The notes beneath the pieces are model-generated. The model was not told the origin of the DNA and searched no databases. It saw only the letters and a list, made by a program, of their open reading frames with translations. The position numbers were made by a program, and so were the translations under genes. Of a stretch of DNA of 64,000 bases, positions 24,394-37,513 are shown one piece after another. The stretch spans positions 1,625,061 through 1,689,060 of the forward strand of contig MU058423.1 in assembly GCA_013265495.1 (NCBI GenBank), written 5' to 3'. The stretch is from Vicugna vicugna (lineage: Eukaryota). How positions within the stretch are numbered: position 1 is the first letter of the stretch; each line of letters starts with the position of its first letter.

Positions 24394-24674
24394 TATAGAA
24401 AAAACTAATGGTTACTGGGGAGAAGAGGGTGGGAAGGGATAAATTGGGAGTTTGAGATTTACAAATACTGACAGGTATATATAAAATAGATAAACAAGTT
24501 TATACTGTATAGCATGAGGAACTATATTCAATATCCTGTAGTAGCTTATGGTGAAAAAGAATATGAAAACAAATATATGTGTATTCACATATGACTGAAG
24601 CACTGTGCTGTGCACCAGAAATTGACACAACGTTGTAAACTGACTATACTTCAATAAAAAAAGCTTTAAAAAAA
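24394..24674 (+). mobile_element. Young L1 3' stub
   Basis: gggataaattgggagtttgagatttacaaatact...aattgacacaacgttgtaaactgactatacttcaataaaaaa. Confidence 0.9.
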
Positions 24675-25910
24675 TCCACCTATCTGCCTCAAAAATTGCC
24701 TTTCCATGCCATAGTTTATTATTTCCTGTTCTAGTTTACAAATCACATTTCTGGAGGCTAATCCAGATGAATCCTATCAATACAGTTGAATTTAATTTAT
24801 CCCTGAGGCCACAGGAGAGATTAGATACCTGGATTATAACTGGACTGACTAGGTAAGAATTAATCAGTAAGGTCATCAGAGCAAGATGAGAGAGGACACA
24901 GGCCCAGTGAGCACTCTTCCATGAGGGATTTTGTAATAGATCATGAGCTTCTTGAGGACAGGAACTAAACCTTTTCCTACTCTGTTTCAAGTACCTGGCA
25001 CATGGTAGTCATTTACTAAATGATTGTTAAACAAATAAAGAGTTATAATATGTATCTCAGAGCCCCATATAACTTTGATTTTATTTGAATAATATGTGGC
25101 CTTATCTTCAAAGAGCTCACAGTCTAATAAGGTAAACAGAGTCATAAGTATGCAAGTATAAGAAAGATATAAAATACAGAGCTATGCACAAGTTTTATGG
25201 AGAACAGTACACTACCCAGAATGGGCAGACAAAGCAAGGTAGAATTCAAATAAATGGGAAAATCAGTGATTTTGAAAACAGGTAAAATTCCCGCCCATGT
25301 CACCTGGGAAAAGTTCATTAACTTCTGGTCTTCACTATATATGAGAAGAAGGCAAATCATTCCTGGTTCACTGTATTCCCAGGGGAATCAGAGAGCTTCA
25401 TTCCCTCCAAACCAATACAACCAGCAAGAGAAATCTGGCTCCCAGCCTATTCCTGCCCTGGGTCACTAAGTTTGACTCAACGGAGAAGAGTCTCTGGTTT
25501 TGCTTTTTTATCCTGTCCCAGAACTGCTGTTCTGATCTCAGGTGCCTGGTTCCCAGACCCTGCTGTCTGATGAGATCTAGGAGTCAGGAGATTTATGTTC
25601 TGATTCTGGCTTTGCCAATACTTTCTGTGTGTCCTGGGACAAGGCAGTCTCCACTCCACCTTCCCTGCCTGTCTCCCATTACTACCTAGGTGCCCTGTGA
25701 ACCTCACAAACCAAGGCCAGCAATTCTCTGATCATGTCTTATGTTTTCTCACCTTCATGTCCTGCTCATATGGTTCCTCACTTCTGTGAAAGTCTCCCCC
25801 ATTCCAAGCTCCACCTATGGGAATCCAAACCAGCCTTCCAAGCTCACTGAACACAGCCTTGAACTTTCCTGGCTTCCCCCAATGGCCCTTAACTCTCTGC
25901 TCCACTTACA

Positions 25911-26079
25911 CAGTGATTCTCAACTCTGCCTGCCTATTAGAATCACATAAGGAGATTATTAAAAATGCCAATTCCTGGACATCTTACCAATTAAACCTGC
26001 ACCTCTGTTGGTGGAATCAGTATAGCACTAAAACTTCCTAAGTGATTCTAATGTGCAGCTAGGGTCGAGGGCATCACTG
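25911..26079. mobile_element. MER5A-like MITE
   Basis: Inverted termini cagtgatt ... catcactg, with internal ttagaatcac and gtgattctaatgtgcagc. Confidence 0.8.
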
Positions 26080-26323
26080 CCCTACAATAGCTTCATTTCC
26101 TCCTATACTGTTTGCCACCACATCATAAGCTTTTTGGTAGCAAAGACCATCCACTCATTTTCTGATTCTAGAACAAAGCCTTACCCAGAGTAGATGCTCA
26201 ATAAGTAATTTTTGAATTGAATTGCCCTGGGTTGAATTGACCAACATTTGAATAAAAACCACTGGGCACTGAGGCCAGATCTACAACTAAACAGCTGTAC
26301 AGACATGGGCAAATCCCCTTCTT

Positions 26324-27064
26324 TGATGTTTTACAATACCACCAAGCAATTCCCCAATTCTCAGTGAACACTGACTGGGTGTCCCACAGATTTAACTCAA
26401 TTCTGGCACTATCCACCCAGAGATAGCATCAGATCCTGCAGCTTAAGGGCTCAGCCCCACAAGACTGCCCCCACTTCAGACACCAATCCCAAGCCTGGGT
26501 TGTTTCTGGTGCTTCTGACTGACTGGTTACAAATCAGAGGTTCCAACAACCTCCTCCTCCAGTTTGATTAATTTACTAGAGAGAGCCATAGAACTCTGAT
26601 AAAAAGTTATTTACATTTATCTGTTTATAATGAAAGATGTTATAAAGGATACAGCTAAACAGCCAGATGGAGAGGTACACAGGGTAAGGTCTGGAAAAAC
26701 CCCAAGTTTAGGAACTTCTGCCCCTGTGGGATTAGGGGACACCACCTTCCTGCCCTGTTTGCCAACCTGGGAGCTATCAAATCTGGTTGTTCAAGAGGTT
26801 ATAGACCTTTAATCTGCAGCCCTTCACACCTCCAGCCTTCCCAGAGGTCAGTGTGTACGGCTGAAAGTTCCAATCCTCTAAACACTTTTTTTCTAGTGAA
26901 CAGCCCATCCTTGAGGCCTTGTAGGGAACCACCCCCAGTCACTTCATTAGCAATAACTCAGGTGTGATTGAAAGGGCTTGCTATCAATCAAAAAAGATAT
27001 TCCTATCACTTTGGAAATTGCAGGGAATTGGGACAAGAGCAAATACATTTCTTACTATACCACA
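26324..27064 (-). mobile_element. MER21-like solo LTR
   Basis: ctgggtgtcccacagatttaactcaattctggcactatccacccagagatagcatcagat, aagggctcagccccacaagactgcccccacttcaga, TG...CA ends. Confidence 0.8.
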
Positions 27065-27319
27065 CTTTCCTTATTTTGTTCTCAGGGCAAAAACTCCTGC
27101 CTCTCCCACCCTATACCCACTTCTCTGGTCCTCTTTCTTTTCTTTTCAAGATAATATATATTCAGTGTCGGTGTAAGTCCAAAGTAATTTTTTTACACAG
27201 CATTAGAGACTAACACACTCTTTTTCTTAAACTCTGATCATCATTGCTATTATACTTCCTAGTTTGTTAGATAGGTGTCGAATCTTCCAGGTCTCTTTAA
27301 AGGTAGAAATTTGTTCTTT

Positions 27320-27856
27320 TTTCTTTTTTTACCTTTTTAAGAAATTGAGGTAACTGATATATAACATGGTATTAGTGTCAGGTATGCAAAATAATGATTT
27401 GTATTTGTAAACATTGTGAAATGATCATCACAATAAGTCTAGTTAACATCCATCATCATACATACAACGTGTTTTTCCTGTGATGAGGACTTTTAAGATC
27501 TATTCTCTCAGCAACTTTTAAATATGCAAAACAGTATTGTAACTATAATCACCATGCTGTGCATTATATCCCCTTGACTTAATTACATTATAACTGGAGG
27601 CTTGTACCTTTGACCTTCAACCATTTCTACCACCCCCAACTCCCCACCTCTGGCAACCACCTGTCTGTCCTCTGTATCTATGAGCTTGGTTTGTTTTTGG
27701 TGGTGGTGATGTTGTTGTTTTAAATTTCACAGAGAAGTGAGATCAGATGGTATTTGCCTTTCTCCATCTGACTTATTTCACTTAGCATAATGCCCTCAGA
27801 GGCTGGTCATGTTGTCACAAATTGCTACATTTCATTTTTTAGGCTAAATAGTATTC

Positions 27857-27908
<52 letters not shown>

Positions 27909-27920
27909 ACCACATCTTTT
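27320..27920 (-). mobile_element. L1 3' end (L1MA9-like/laurasiatherian)
   Basis: tgtgaaatgatcatcacaataagtctagttaacatccatca, ctctggcaaccac, gacttatttcacttagcataatgccctc. Confidence 0.9.
27860..27905. repeat. (TG)n microsatellite inside L1
   Basis: Perfect TG run of about 23 units. Confidence 0.99.
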
Positions 27921-29270
27921 TAATTAATTAATTAATTGATTTGTCTGCCTTTCTGCTCACCCTTATTTCTTGCTTCTCCCCCCAAAAGGGAAAAGCTATT
28001 GTGATTGATGATGAGAGCCTAAAATATTGATTAGAACACATTTCTCCATAGGCAGAATCACTGTGTGTTTAAAAATGTCACCCTACTCCTCTTTTGCTTG
28101 CTGGCTTCCATGCATCTGGGAGGATATGTTGCAGCCAGACCTGGCACCTTTGTCCAAGCCAGATATTCATTTCCTCTCTCTCGCTCTCACTCTCTCTCTC
28201 CTTCCTCTGAGATTCCTTTCTTTACAGAGCTGGCCAGAAGGTCTGCTTTCAGACTTTAAAAGGATATTGGAAGTTCATTTGAGGCAAAAGTGGCATGCTC
28301 CATTCGAATTTATGAGAAAGATCTACCATCTTGTGACACTCTGTATTCCAAATGGCTACTCTTCCATGAGTGTTTCTCCCTCCACACTCTCAGAAGGAAA
28401 GATGAATGGAGAATTCACCCAGTTCTGAATCTCTACCCAGACTATCATCAAAACCTCATCCTCACTTCTAATAGGTCTTAGTTATCTCTTTGCAAAGTAA
28501 GAGAGTTCTCCTAGATAGCCAGAGCTGCTTCTTCCTCTAGCACTCAAGAATTACACATGCATAAGAAAAAAAAATCCTTAGGATCAATTGGGAGGAAGAA
28601 AGAGGGAGAGTATTTTCCTTCCTCTTCCAAAAAACTCTTTTCCCTCACTTCTCCCCATGCTCTGTACCACACACAGCCCAGCACTCCAACACCTTCCCTG
28701 ACTGTGGGAGGTGTGAGAGGAGCTTGAACTTCTGCAGAGCTATTTTGGTGCTGCCCAGAGGGTACATGAACTTGAGAAAAAAATAGGTGAGGCTGAAACT
28801 CAACCCACATCCTGCCTCTGCCCTCAAACCCAGACAGGAACAGGGCAGGGCTTCTTCTCCAACCAGTTACATCACCTATGGGAGCATTTTGACTGCAACA
28901 GCTATAACCTCCTTTCTCTTATCTTAAAGCCAGATCAAGCCTCCAAAGAGAAATGCAGAATTACAGCAATAAGCTAATTTAAGGCTAAAGAACCTTCAAA
29001 TGTCCTCTGGAGGGAGGAAATGCTTAATATATTTGTTGTTGTGATGTGGTTTTGTGTTTTCAGCATTCACAAGCTTATTTATCTGTGTATTCTGTTACTT
29101 TATTATGGTCAAGTTGCACCTTCGTGCAAGTTGTCTTATCTTCCTCAGAATGTTTTTCCAGCTTCACACTGCCAGGAGTTGGTTTATTCTTTTTATCTAC
29201 ATGTATATCATATATATTTTTTTCTCTTTGCCACAACACCCAGCACAACAATGCTTATGTATGACTGTGT

Positions 29271-29728
29271 TGCATTAGTTTCCTAGGGCTGTTGTGACAA
29301 CATGCCACAAACTGGGTGGCTTAGGCCAACAGACATTTATTGCCTTCTGGAGGCCAGAAGTCCACAATCAATGACCCTGTGTTGATAGGGCCGCACACTC
29401 TCTGAAGGCTCCAGGGAAGGGTCTGTTTCAGGCCTGTGGCTTAGCCTCAGGCAACCCCAGGTGTTCCTTGGCTCATAGATACATCACTCCGGTCCTCCGT
29501 CTGTACATGGTGTTCTCCTCATGTCTTGACATCCCCTTCTCTATGTGCATGTCTGTCTCTGTATCCAAATGTCCCCTTTTTATAAGAACACGAGTCATAT
29601 TGGAATGGGACTTACCCTCACGACCTCATTTTAATTTGACTACCTCTGTAAAGAACTTCTTCCCAAATAAGATCACATTCTGAGATACTGGGGGGTTGAA
29701 GTGGGAAAACCCAGTTCAATCAATCACA
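29271..29728 (-). mobile_element. MaLR LTR (MLT1C-like)
   Basis: tgcattagtttcctagggctg...ccacaaactgggtggctta...aagatcacattctgagatactggggg...aca. Flanks tgtgt/tatgt resemble a 5-bp TSD. Confidence 0.85.
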
Positions 29729-31891
29729 TATGTCAATTCTCCACTTCTGTTGTATGAGTACAGAAATGACTGAAATACTTGAAGTAGTTGGCTGAGTAAT
29801 GAATTCCAAAGCTCTTTTCTTCCTACGCATTTGTGTCATTGCTAGTAAACATGCAGTTGCTTCTGCTTCTTGAGGTGAACCATGGTATCACTGAATATCA
29901 AGATCCCAGGGGGCCTCAGAGACCGTCAGTCCCAACCACGTATCTGTGACTTGAATCTCCCCCAGAACATCCAAGACCCTTGGTCACCCAGGCTCTGCTC
30001 ACACACCCCCGTGCCAGGGAGCTCGTTGGGGTCTGTTCTTTCTATGATCAGTTCTGCCTGTGAGAAAGTTTTCCCTTATGCTGGACCCAAATCTTTCAAA
30101 TTCTGCCACAAAGAGTCAGACTTCTAGTCTCGAGCAAAATAGACGGCTTCAGAGATTTCAAGGGTTAGGAGGGTGTCATGTGTCCCATCTGTTCTCTATC
30201 CCAGCCCCAGGCAGCCTCAGATTCTTCCACCCAGAGCACACACAAGGCTGGAAACAGATTATGTACAGAGCAGAGCAGAACAGTTACATCCTGTCATATT
30301 TCTATAAATGTGGCATGAAATTACATTCACTCTCACGGCATCACCTCTCCAGCTCCAACTTCTCTTTCACACAATTATATTCGCTTCCTGTTCAGAGTCC
30401 ACATGATCAATTGCGTATCATGATCAATTTGTGTATTCAGTGTTTACTAATCTCAGTAAAGCCTTTTGTTAGGCAATTTCATTATCTTACCTAATCCTCA
30501 CAGATAATCTAAGTGGTACAGTAGATTTTTTGTCCTACTTTACTAATAAGAAAACCAAGGATACTGTTTGCCACAGGTCTGTCGGGGGCAGAATCCAGGT
30601 TTCAAGTGTGTTTTGGGGTCTAAGCTGTTAGAAAAGGCCATCTCATGTATGTTGTCTTTCAACCTTTTCTCAACTGCCTAAGGAGAGACCTTAGGCCTGA
30701 AACACATTCTGTTTTATTTTTTTTCATACAGATCAAGCATTTTTTATTTAATTATAACAAGGAAACACTCATTCATTCTCCACTTTAAGTATTATATTTA
30801 TTAAAAATGATGTTCAGATCTATATTGAAAATACTGTCCTGATAGTTTCCGGAATGTTATTCGGCACAATCGATCCCTAAGCTGCTGAGATTTAAAATGG
30901 TTTGGCAGTGCACCCCAGAGTGCTAAATAAGACTTCACCCATGCTGCTTTGGACTTCTTGATATCTTCTTATTTTTTCCATCACCCATTGGAACATTAGT
31001 TCGGCTTCCTTAAGCTAAAGTAGACACTTCCCCGATGTAAAACCTGAAACACTCTCTTACCACGAGATAAAGAGTCCTTACAGCCTGTCCTGGCCTTGTC
31101 ACCTTGTGTGGGAATATCTTTCTCTGTTTCAGACTCAGTGCACATTCTTTTGTTCTGCTGAACCATGTGTGTCAGACAGCACCTGTGGCCAGCATTGTTA
31201 TATCTGTCCTCTGCAAGGAGTGTGTAGGGTCCTCTCGTTGCACTGCAAGAGGGCCAGTTGCCCTGTGTCAGCTGCCAGGAGGGACTCACTGGCCACGGGA
31301 GACCGATGCCCACTACTGGAACTGATCTTGCTGTGTCTGTTCTCTATGTAAGTGAAGCATTGTTTCATCCAGTGCTTGATTGTGCCGTGTTTCCCTTGGT
31401 GACTCCACTACCAAGACGCGGTGCTTGGGCAGAAGTGCTCTGACTTCTACTCTTGAAAATAGGCAACAGATGCCACGGGCTCAGTGCAAGCCAAGTCAAC
31501 TTTCTATTACATTGTGTCACTGCATCAAAATTACTATTTATGAGCCCCAGTTTGTTGTGGCCATGGGTTGGCTGTCCACTGTCCAAAACAAAAATTCAGC
31601 CCTTTGGGATCTTTGGCTTTGTCCAAAATGCCTAAGAAGTGTAAGCAAACTACTGTTGGATGTGTATAAATAATTCAGATTCAATGTGATTTTTATCTTT
31701 CAAATTGATCTTATCTCTGGGCTGCATTCAATAAATAGTGAAACTCCAGATGCTTGTCCACTTTGCAGTGATATGAGTGCTTCTGGTCAACCACTGCTCC
31801 TGTGCTTGTGTTCCATTTGAACCTTATCTCCCTGAGTCTGTATTATGTGCAATTTGCCAGCCCCTGGGAAGTAGACAAGAGACATAAATGA

Positions 31892-32178
31892 TTTTTTTCT
31901 TTTTTTAAAAAAAAACATTTTTTATTGATTTATAATCATTTTACAATGTTGTGTCAAATTCCAGTGTAGAGCACAACTTTTTAGTTACACATGAACATAT
32001 ATATATTCATTGTCATGTCATTTTCTCTGTGAGCTACGATAAGATCTTGTATATATTTCCCTGTGCTTTACAGTATAATCTTATTTATCTATTCTACATT
32101 TTGAAATCCCAGTCTATCCCTTCCCACCCCCCGCCCCCTTGGCAACCACAAGTTTGTATTCTATGTCTGAGACTGTAT
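31892..32178 (-). mobile_element. Young camelid-type L1 3' stub
   Basis: tttttattgatttataatcattttacaatgttgtgtcaaattccagtgtagagcac...cccttggcaaccacaagtttgtattctatgtct. Confidence 0.9.
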
Positions 32179-32289
32179 TCAATTCTTTCCAAATAAAAAC
32201 TTATTTAATCCTCACAACAATTCTGTGAAGTAGGTATTGTTACTATCTTCATTGAAACTATAAGGCATTGAGACTTAATGAAGTTAAAC

Positions 32290-32630
32290 AAATGGGATAA
32301 GTTGATTAAATTATGGTACATCGGTATACCAGGTACCAGTTGAAAGAAAGACGTCTTTATGTACTGACATAGAACGATACTCAGGATGTAGTAATAGGAA
32401 AAAAAAAATTGAATAGTAATAATAATATTAGATGGTATATGACGATTTGAAGAAATTTTTTTTATTATAATATTCATTTAAAAAGCAGAAGAATATATGT
32501 CAAGGCTTCGACAGTGATTATCATGGGGTGATAGAAATTTTAGGTAGTGAACTTTTTAAATTTTCATGTTAAATATTTCTGTAATTTAAAAATGTTTTTC
32601 ATTAATTGGGTATTATTTTTCTTAATGAGT
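32290..32630 (+). mobile_element. Old L1MC/ME 3' fragment
   Basis: ttgattaaattatggtacatc, ttatgtactgacatagaacgat, acagtgattatcatggggtg. Confidence 0.6.
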
Positions 32631-33372
32631 GTTACTTTTGCACTCAGGGAAAAAATTGGTGTAAATAAGTTGCCCACATAGCTACTAAGTGGCATAGTGA
32701 AACTTAGCTTTGACTGTCTCTGAAACCTGAACTCTTATTCATAATGAAGAATTGATAAACACCATTAAATTAAAGCATCAATGCCCCGTTTTTCTGAGTT
32801 GTGTCTACTTCCTTCTGGAAAGAATAAGAAGCCATGGGTTAATTCCTATCCACTTTGATCAATTTTGGACAAACAGACTTAGGGAAAGGCAGTGCCAACT
32901 TCTGCTGGAAATGTGTGCAGGTATCTGAATTCAGGAAACAGTCATAATCAGGGTTCTAGGTCCCCATAAAGACCATGATTTTCACATTTTTTCCTTCTTC
33001 TCCCAATACTGGGAGAGACCCAAGAAAAAAATTCAGTAAAAGCAAGTCAGTGTCCTTTGGGTCATTTAACATAACAAATCAGCCTGAAGGAAGAGCTTTT
33101 CCCCCAACCAAACAGAAAGTATAAATGTTACTGAAAATTCATAGGTCAAACTTTCCATCTTCATTGCGTCTCCCCCAGGCCCTTTGTGGTGAAAATAAAT
33201 AAAACCAGTTCCCTCTTACCTGGAGGGGCCCCATCCTCTACAGATGCCTGAAGTGTCCTCTCCAAGGACGTGGCTCTTCTGGGAACCTGAAGTCTTCAGG
33301 CTGGATAAACCTTCCCAGGCATCACCACACAAAGTGCAGGCGTCGGGTCAGCAACATCCCCATCACCTGGGA

Positions 33373-33579
33373 CAGGGGCTGGACACAGATACAGCCTGCC
33401 ATTTTTGTCAATAAAGTTGCACTGGAACCCAGCCACACCCATCAGTTTAGCACTGACCAGGGCTGCTTTTGCACTAGTTACCACAGGCAAGTTCAGTGGT
33501 TAAGACAGAGATCCCATGGCCTGCAGAGCTGAATATATTTGTCATAGGGCCCTTTGCAGAAAAACTGTGCTAATGCCTG
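33373..33579. mobile_element. MER58A-like hAT MITE nested in a MER5-like element (about 33325-33670)
   Basis: caggggctgg...cctgccatttttgtcaataaagttgcactggaacccagccacacccat...gccctttgcagaaaaactgtgctaatgcctg. Confidence 0.8.
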
Positions 33580-35159
33580 GCTTAGGAGCATATTAAAATG
33601 TAGAACTCGAGGCCTCACTCCTGATCCCCCGCAGTTCCTGAGTCCAACAAAGTTTGAAAAGCAACAGCCCTGGACGTCACTCAGCCTTTGCTCCCATGTC
33701 ATCTTTAGGAAGCGTTGAGCCTGAAAAGGATGTTCTGAAGGTTTAGGGGTCTAAGCTCACCCTAGAACAACTGGAAGGAGGGCTGCAGGGTGCTAACCAG
33801 GGAACCCCAGCACAGAAATGTAGAATGTAACAAGAGCATTAAGACATTGTCATGGCTCTGGCCCATGGAGAAGGGCAGGTGGAGGATGGCCCGGAGACCC
33901 ACTTCCACTGGGCAGGCCTGGACTCACCTTCCAAAAGGGGTCAGAGGGGTCAGGGGACTGGAGCATCACTCCCTGGGGCCAGGGTCCTCAGTAAACTAGA
34001 ACCAACTGCCTGAACTGTGGCCCCACTCAGTGTCCTCCTCTGCTCTTTCTGGATATGACCGAGGTGGCAAGATGGAGGATGATCAAGTGAGTGGCTATTT
34101 CTACCCTTTTCAACAGTGATGGACATGGATGAAGGAGAGCTGAGACCCAGAGGAAGAACTTTGGTCCTGAGCCAGTCCTGTCCTGACAAGCCTGGGGCAG
34201 GGCATTCCTGTCCTGATTTACATTGTGGAGCACCAGGCTGTGTCACAGGACTGCAGAACTCAGCTATGGCCCCAGCCTATCATTCTAGCCTTAATTTCAG
34301 GACTGACTGATCCTTTCCCTGCAGGACAGTGGCTTCCCATAGGAGCATCCTTCAGGGCTACTGCTGCACCCATCACAGCCTCTCCTCCATCAGCTTTTTA
34401 GCCTAAGCCTGGTTTCTCTCTCAACATCTCTGATTCTCCCTGTGCCTCTGCACTTGGTCAGGCTAGTCTTGATCCTGGGAAATCCAGGAACCAATGACCC
34501 AGTCCTGCCCCTCCCTATACCACCATCCATGCCCAGCAGTGAAGCTCTCAAAAGGGAACAACACAATAAAAGGGGAGAGGAAGCAGGATATGGGGGGGGG
34601 GTAGATCTCACGTTTATAAACAGTCTTCCCAGTCCCAGTGGACTTTATAAACCACAGCTGAGCTAACTTCTTGTCTGGTATCTAGAATTACCTGCCTCCG
34701 GAGGAAGAAAGGAGGGAAAGGGGGTCAAACTCTTGCTGGGAGTCATAACTCTCCATTTAAAATCTCTCAAACATGTTTATATAAAGATCCACGGAAGAAC
34801 TATTTTGAGGCTTTGTCTCTATTTCCTTTCAAAGAGAGGTTGTTTGGGGGCACAGACGTAGAAGCTGCCCGAGAGTCTGTGAAGGGTCTCACTCTGGGGG
34901 ATGACTCAGAAGCTGAATGAAATACTTGGAAAGAAACTGTTTAGGGTGAGAAAAAGAGACGGAAGCAGAATTAACCATCTCATCCTGTCCCTACCCCTCC
35001 CTTCAACCTATGCAAGTTATTCCAAGCCTCTGGGAAGATGGGGCAACAGCAGCTCCTGCCCTGCACTTATTGGTCAGGCTGGAAAGAGGAGAGGAGAGGT
35101 AGGAGGTATCTAGAGAATGACTGCAGAAAGAACTGGATGAATTTCATGAAGGATCTTGT

Positions 35160-35350
35160 TAAGGACTCAGGCTCTGAAGTTAGAGAGATGTGGGTTCAAA
35201 TCCTGGCTGTGCCACCTACGAATTGTGTGATGTAAGCTTCCCTTTTGCATCTGTGAAATGGATGATCTACCTTACCATCTGCCTTGAGGGTTATCTGAGA
35301 TACTATACTTAAGATAACATATGCCAGCAATGAGCATTTGTTGTTATTGG
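35160..35350 (+). mobile_element. MIR
   Basis: ggctctgaagttagagagatgtgggttcaaatcctggctgtgccacctac...catctgtgaaatgga. Confidence 0.7.
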
Positions 35351-36428
35351 TACTGGAGACATTAAACCACCTCTAGACCTGATATACCCCATCAAGTGTA
35401 CAGAGAGTGTTGAAGGCTCTGGGGTGAGAGGATACCAGTAGGTTTGCTGAGAAGACATGATGCATGAGCTGATTTTGAGTTTTTAGGCCCTGGGGGAGGC
35501 AGTGCCCAGATCTGTTCCACTGAGAAAAGTCAGAGCGCTCTGAGACTTTGCTCTTTCCCCTTCCCCGTCAAAAATGGCTTTAATGACAGTTGTCTACAGG
35601 TAAGTCAAAATTGAAGCTAATGTGCTATTTCTTCCCATCCACCAAGGCCACTTGCAAGTGAACGCCTTGGTGTTTTGTTTTATTTTTTGGAAGAAATAAA
35701 AGGTTGATCAATTATTAAAGAAAGTGAGCTAGGGATATAATAAGTAGGGATAATAAGCAGGGAATGTATTTGAAGGCAGGGAGCATCCCTTCACTGAATC
35801 GTACCCTGTAGGCAGTAGGGTGTATATGAGCTGACATCAAAGGAAGGTAGACTCAGATGCCCAAATCAAGGGAGGCACCTCCATGGGAATTGTTAAAGGT
35901 TACAAAGTGGGGAGATTGGTGAGATGGTCCTGGAGGAAGACTGGGGAACTCAGTCTCCTTCACCAAGTCTACCCATCACTTTTCCTCTCTTAACCTAGTC
36001 TACCCCCTCCTTCACTGTGTTTCTTATCCAATTTTCTAACCAGTGGCTTTGAAGTTACCTTGCAAATATTTTTCAAATCTTATTAGGCAGAAAACCAGTC
36101 TCTCTGCCCCTTGAGTGAGCATTAGGCTGACATTTTTCAGTGCCTCCAGTGCCCTCATCCCTCCTCCGCACCTCTGAGCTCAGAAAACAGGCCTCTGCCT
36201 GCAGCAAACACAGATCTGGCCCCTGTAGACTTAGACCCATGGGGCAGAAAGAAAGGAGGCTGTTAGATTCTTTATAGGGTTCCCTACCCAATTAGTGAAC
36301 ACTGAGGGCAAGCGAGAGAACAGAAGCAGAGAATTGAAAGAAAAATAATGATGGAAAAGTGTATCTCCATCTTGTCTTTACATAGCACTTTATATCGTCC
36401 ACATTTCTTATCTATTTGCTTTCATATC

Positions 36429-36876
36429 CCTATTAGTTTCCCAGGATGCTACAATATAGTATAGCCACAAACTGGGTGGCTTAAAACAGCCAAAATCTAT
36501 TCTTTCACAGATCTGGAGGCTACAAGTCTGAAATCAAGGTGTCAGCAGGGCCAGGCTCCCCATGAAGGCTCTAGGGAAGACTCCTTCTTTACTTCTTCCT
36601 AGTTTCTTGGGACTCTTGTAAACCCTTGGTTTTCTTAGGCTTGCAGCCACATCACTCCACTCTCTGACTCTGTCGTCACATGGCCCTCTTACCCGTGTGT
36701 ATCTCAGTGTGTCCCTTCCCCTTAGAAGATCACAAGTCATTGGATTTAGGGCTCACTCTAATCCAGTTTGACCTCATCATAACTAGTTACATCTGTAGGC
36801 TCTATTTCCAAAGAAGGTCATGTGCCGAGGTTCTAGGCGGACAGATGTTTTGGGGAGACTCTGCAACTCGCTGTAT
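36429..36876 (-). mobile_element. MaLR LTR (MLT1C-like)
   Basis: ccacaaactgggtggcttaaaacag...ctggaggctacaagtctgaaatcaaggtgtcagcagggcc...ctatttccaaagaaggtca. Confidence 0.88.
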
Positions 36877-37051
36877 TACTCTCAGGGATCTTGTCTTCTA
36901 ACTAGCCCCTTTCAGGCAGATATTCAGCTGTGATCACAAGAGTATCACACCCATTCACCTCTGTTTTCCCACCTCCGCCTCCAACTCCTCTGGGGTAGAA
37001 ATTTTCTCCCCATCCTTGGACATGCTATTCAAAAATACTCACTACAGATTG

Positions 37052-37513
37052 TGTCTTTTAAGTTCGGTTCACCCCAAAGCAGACCCTGAAGCAAAGATTT
37101 GACTACAAGAGGTGCCTTTGGATGGCAATCCAAGAAGCACCGGTACGACAGTGGAGAAGAGAGAAGGGCAGGAGCCAATATAGGGTTTGCTGGCTATTGC
37201 TCAGGAAGCTGTGGGCAACTGGGCTTACTTTTCCTAGGACCTTCTGGGAGAGCGAGTGGGACGACCTTAGAGATGTTCCACCTAAGAGGTGAGGAAGTTG
37301 AGGTCTATGCCCCAACTCCCATCTGTTACAAGTTGAAGACCGCTCCCAGGACCACTGGCTCAGCACACTTTGAGCCTGCACTGAACACAGGTTGAGCAGG
37401 CTCCTGCGAGCAGAGAAAGCCCCAAGGCAGAGAGTCACAAAGGCTTCCAGGAAGGAGCCAGTGGCTTAAGTCTTAAGAGGTCGTGGACACAGGCACTCAC
37501 AGTATCTGCTACA
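37052..37513 (-). mobile_element. ERVL solo LTR (LTR16-like)
   Basis: Starts tgtcttttaagttcggttcaccccaaagcagaccctga and ends agtatctgctaca (minus strand TGTAGCAGATACT). Confidence 0.8.
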
